Shown here piece by piece: positions 59,867 to 64,000 of a stretch of 64,000 nt of DNA (the first letter of the stretch is position 1; the number at the start of each line of letters is the position of its first letter). The notes beneath the pieces were generated by a model. That model was not told where the DNA came from. It did no database searches and saw nothing but the letters and a program-made list of their open reading frames with translations. The stretch lies in NCBI RefSeq assembly GCF_002571385.2, contig NW_019218560.1:31257-95256 (forward strand), read 5' to 3'. Made by a program: the position numbers and the translations under genes. Origin of the DNA: Stylophora pistillata. Its lineage: Eukaryota.

Positions 59867-60105
59867 TGGATATATCAACAAAGTTGAAATGGTAAATTGG
59901 CCACTGTAACGATTACAAAAGCTGACGTTTCGAGCATTAGCCCTTCGTTAGTGCTCCGACGAAGGGCTAACGCTCAAAATGTCAGCTTTTGTAATCGTTA
60001 CGGGGGCCAATTTACCATTTCAACTTTGTTGATATATCCAAATTATTTCGTTACTCCCACCGACGCAACCCCAAACAGTTTCTTTCGAAACTATCAGCCT
60101 TTATT
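59867..60105. mobile_element. Inverted pair of Penelope-like termini forming a ~175-bp hairpin with decayed hammerhead cores
   Basis: 59867-59950 is the reverse complement of about 59956-60040; the right arm extends and matches 44150-44305. Confidence 0.8.
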
Positions 60106-61097
60106 CATGTACACATTACGGACTGACTGACTGAGTGAAGAGGCTGGTGGGGAAATTATTTGGCTTGAGGTCATGACATACAGACTGAGTGCAGAGAGGT
60201 CCCTGACTCACGACCGTGAGCCAAATATTTTCCCATCCGGCCAGACCAAACTCAGTCAATAACCAGGGCCAGCTGCTTCATATGATTTTATTATGTATTA
60301 ATACAAGGAGCTGATTTATACACACATTTTAAATGGTTCTTACTCGTGATCTAATGGAGGAAAGAGACATGATGAAATCACCATTAACAGCATTTTTCTT
60401 CTCTACTAAATAAAAAAATGGATTCTATGTTGCCAGGGTTCTGTTTAGTATTAGATCACAGATAACCTTCAGATGTGGTAAGAACAAATAGGTAGCACAG
60501 CTGACTGTGTCAATGATGGTCTCACCTAATTTTGACATCCTCTGTGATTTATAATGGTACAAAGCAACCACAACAGAATCTACTTGCTTTAAATGATAGC
60601 AAAGCAATTGAAAATGGTGACATCATTCATGTATCTGTCCTCCAATAGGCCATAAGTGAGAGCCAATCAAAATTATAACACAACCAAAGTAAAGTGCACT
60701 CTCTGATTGGTAAATTCAGTGTCTACCATTTGCCCAAGAGTTCTAATTTAGGGCTCGACACTAATTTTTCAACTTACTAGCCAAGTAGCTAGTGACATCT
60801 TAGATGTTTTTAGATGTTCCGACAATTTCAGTCTGTTTGCTAGCCAAACTGGCTAGTGGAAATTGAAAACCACTAGCCAAAACTGAATTTCTACCAGTCT
60901 GTGGCTAGTGGGCCACCGTTAGTGTTGAGCCCTGTAATTGGTTCTCACTTGGTCCTCTGGCCAATAATATTATTCCCTAGTGCGACCCTTGCACTTGGTT
61001 GGTAAGAGGTCATTATTAACATTGATGGGAAGAATGTTAACAATACCACCTGAAAAACAAGTTTTAATGGGATCAAGCTTCTGTTTACTCTATATAC

Positions 61098-63522
61098 CTC
61101 ATGAGATGGGTAGCAGCAGTGATAGACAGCTTGCCTTCCTTATCACAGTACTTGTTGTAAAAGTCCTGCTCCTGTTGGGTTTTAGGTGGAGCTCTTTTCA
61201 AAATATCTTTGTTTCTGGCAATTTTAGTAACCCAGTAGTTGCTCAGTGCTTGGAGGGCCTGTGATTCATCATTGCTAACTTCATCTGCGAAAAAAATTGT
61301 AAGCAGTCCACCATTCAACTCCCATATTCTGACCTGATCAGAAATTCTCCCCACTAAATGCTATAAAATTAATGTCCTTGTAAATTAGACAAAAGAATTT
61401 GGTGTTCATCAAACTAACACCCTTCCACTGACTATCTTGTCTTTTGTCATCACCTGTTTGAAGGATACCTTGCTGGGATTTTGGGAAGAAGTTGAATGTT
61501 AATCAATTCTGGGAGTGAAAAGGATTAATACTAACACAAATGATCATTTCTCTCTCTCTCTCTAAGGGTAGAGTTTCATGAGTTATAGCACACATACTGT
61601 AAAGGGGCACCCCTTCTCTGTTGAAGATGGTATGTTAATGAGACATAACTAAAAAGTTAAAACAGCTTTACATAAACAGCCCAATGACACTGCAGCAAAT
61701 GGATTGCACCTTTGCAGAAAGCACATTTTTACTTATATTTATTGACACATCCACTCTCACAAGCTAATTTAGGACTAACCTCCCAAAAAGTCAAACAAAT
61801 ACATGTTTTTCTTGGGTTTATCTGTGTGACAAAACCATACTGTAAGTCAATGATATCATCAAAATAAAGTCTTACTAGATGCCATACCCAAACACTTATA
61901 ATAAACCGGCATCAACCATCTCTTTGGCACAGTGCCTTCAATCAGACAGAGTTGCACTGTGTAATTACACCATTAATACACAACATGTAATGTAGATATG
62001 AAATTATACTTTAAAAACCTTTCTTGGTGTTCAAAATATTCATCTTATTTTCAATTGAAGTCTTTCGTTGCTCATCTGAGGGTGAAGAAACAATTGAATA
62101 AGCATGTGTCATCAGCAACACTACCCAAAAAGTAATGAATCTACTTATGACAGTGGTAAAATAATGTCACCAATTTTATCAAGAAAAAGGCTTATGAAAT
62201 GTAATTTGGCTGAAATGCCTAACACCCTGTGTTTTTCCTCTACATCTCTTGAGGTCCATAGAATTGTGGCATTATCTCGACACAAGTCCTGAGCCACAGA
62301 AAATCACAGTCTTCTTGGCCAGTCTTTCAGACTACTTCTTCCAATGAAACTAAACAAGCTTAATAGATATATTTTATACTACTCTGTACAATATGAATTT
62401 GTGTGCAATTTTCTCTAAAAGCCCATGAGTGAGCAAGTCTCAAACAAAGGAGTCTTGATGGCATTCAGCTGTCAACATAAAACAGTTCTGACCAGCCAGG
62501 TGTCTTTACTACGCTATTATGGTGCTAGCCACTCTCTGATTAATGGGAAAACAAATACAGGAAAAATGGAGTTGAAAAAAGGTAAATAAAAATGTTAGGG
62601 TGTACAGGGTGTGCATAACCATTTTATAACTAATCTTAGTAATAAACAATAAAATACAATAAAAATGATAAGTTAAATTCTAGTCACACCTGAGCAGGAC
62701 TTCTCTGTCTTCAGTATATTCTCCGCTTGCTCATCCTGTGGCTTTACACTCAGCGATTCAGGACCAGTATCCTTGTGAGAGGAGGGCAGCACCTCAACCT
62801 AAGAAGAAATCACCAATAATCATGATCACACTTTTGTCCAATGGCTGAAGCATGTCTTGTATCAAGTTCTTCTGAACCTTTGTTTCATTTTAGCAAGAGA
62901 ACAAGAATCATACCAAACACTGATCTTACACATCGACCTTACCTTACTTGAAGCTGCTTGCATGGTACCATGATCTTTTCCACAGCTGGAGCCTTTCTCA
63001 GAAAGTTCACCCATAACATTTTCATCAGAGTCAGATGAAAAGGGACTGGTTCTTTCTCTAAGTTTCTTCCCTTTTGGGGGCGTCTTTGGTTTAGAAAATG
63101 CAGCCTTCAGCTCCTCCTCATCATTACTACTACTGCCATCACCACTGCTGGTGCTATAGGCATCTTTCTGCTCACAAAAATTGTCCAAAACAAATGATAT
63201 CAAAGATTATCAAGCATGCTTATTGAGCTGTATTTGCAGCATAAGTTTCTATTCTCTGCCTGTGTGAGTTTCGCAGCTGTACATGCTTAGCTATTTGGAC
63301 TAATTCCAACTACAACTTAAGGAGTATTTCCCATTTACCAAGTACAGGCATAACAGTTAATGTTGTTCCCTGGATTTTTTGCACTTATGTTAATATGCCT
63401 TACAGTTCTTTAAGAGTTATAATTAAACAACACACATGCAGATTGTATGAATTTCAATTTAATGTCACCTGTGTGCTGCGTTTCCTTTTGACAAAATCAC
63501 TCCTTCGCATGGCTAGAGATAT
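61098..63522 (-). CDS. Internal exons of an uncharacterised gene (63469-63522, 62943-63170, 62690-62798, 62019-62075, 61098-61284); likely further exons near 59420-59520 and 58617-58745; 5' end outside the window
   Basis: Five GT-AG exons join in phase: Ser/acidic/basic low-complexity region, then a helical segment QALSNYWVTKIARNKDILKRAPPKTQQEQDFYNKYCDKEGKLSITAATHLM; no family recognised. Confidence 0.7.
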
Positions 63523-63749
63523 CTGAGGGAAAACAAAATGCATTTTATTATTTTAAGTTTTAAGGTCTACCAGAAAACAGATGTCTTTTGAAAATGGCCT
63601 TGGAGATGCTAGCCTGTGTATAATGACAGATTAAAAAACATTTACAAAATAACAAAAACATGACCACACTAAAGTTCATTGTTACAATAGATTAAGCCGA
63701 GTTGTTTCAATTTAGAGAAAATGACTGTAACATCAACTTACCAATTTTG

Positions 63750-64000
63750 TCTCATATACTGTAGTACCAAGTTTTCTTTTGTTGGGATAATTTACGAGGG
63801 TAATTAGTATGTGTAATCAAATGGCGACGAGAGAAATTAAGAAATAATTTTATGCGCGTTTTGTTAAAATTCTGATATCGTGGGTGACAAATTATGTCTT
63901 GTTTACACACATAGGCGTAAAATCGCTCGAGTACTTTGTCCAACTGCTTGGGAAGAATCATCTCCAGGTTTTTCTCAAGGCTATTTTCATCACACCCCTT
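63750..64000 (-). mobile_element. Possible Crypton-derived (DUF3504/ZMYM-QRICH1-like) fragment
   Basis: Peptide QLDKVLERFYAYVCKQD resembles the L+..L.+FY..+RK.DG motif of Crypton tyrosine-recombinase proteins; CpG-rich island in a CpG-poor intron. Confidence 0.45.

Noticed and set aside
62180-62350. Extra exon of the terminal minus-strand gene
   Set aside because: Stops in all three frames after the candidate acceptor; the neighbouring exons join in phase without it.

Overview
AT-rich, intron-rich animal genomic DNA. The gene set and repeat families suggest a stony coral/anthozoan (inference). The ORF track shows only exon fragments, so genes were assembled by hand from GT-AG junctions with phase checks. 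In order: METTL1/TRM8 (-, 3' end off-window); YIPF3 (+), head-to-head with it; VHL (-); an intronless ~800-aa multi-pass membrane protein of unknown family (+); GEN1 (+), with an in-frame stop inside its terminal exon; PAQR3 (-); a 21-exon, ~669-aa F-BAR-HR1-like-C1-SH3-SH3 protein (+) whose C-terminal half is STAC-like and whose overall layout matches fungal Bzz1; and part of an uncharacterised gene (-). Introns are dense with mobile elements: a TTAA-flanked Kolobok-type MITE, a solo LTR with a perfect 5-bp TSD, LINE fragments, tRNA-derived SINEs, CAGG-ended MITEs with 5-6 bp TSDs, Penelope termini with decayed hammerhead cores, and a Crypton-like fragment. There are two assembly gaps (about 23.03 kb and 44.45-45.12 kb). 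Best leads: the F-BAR-STAC protein and the CpG switch inside it, the 121-bp repeat that duplicates a METTL1 splice acceptor, the GEN1 internal stop, and the orphan membrane protein sharing an upstream region with VHL.
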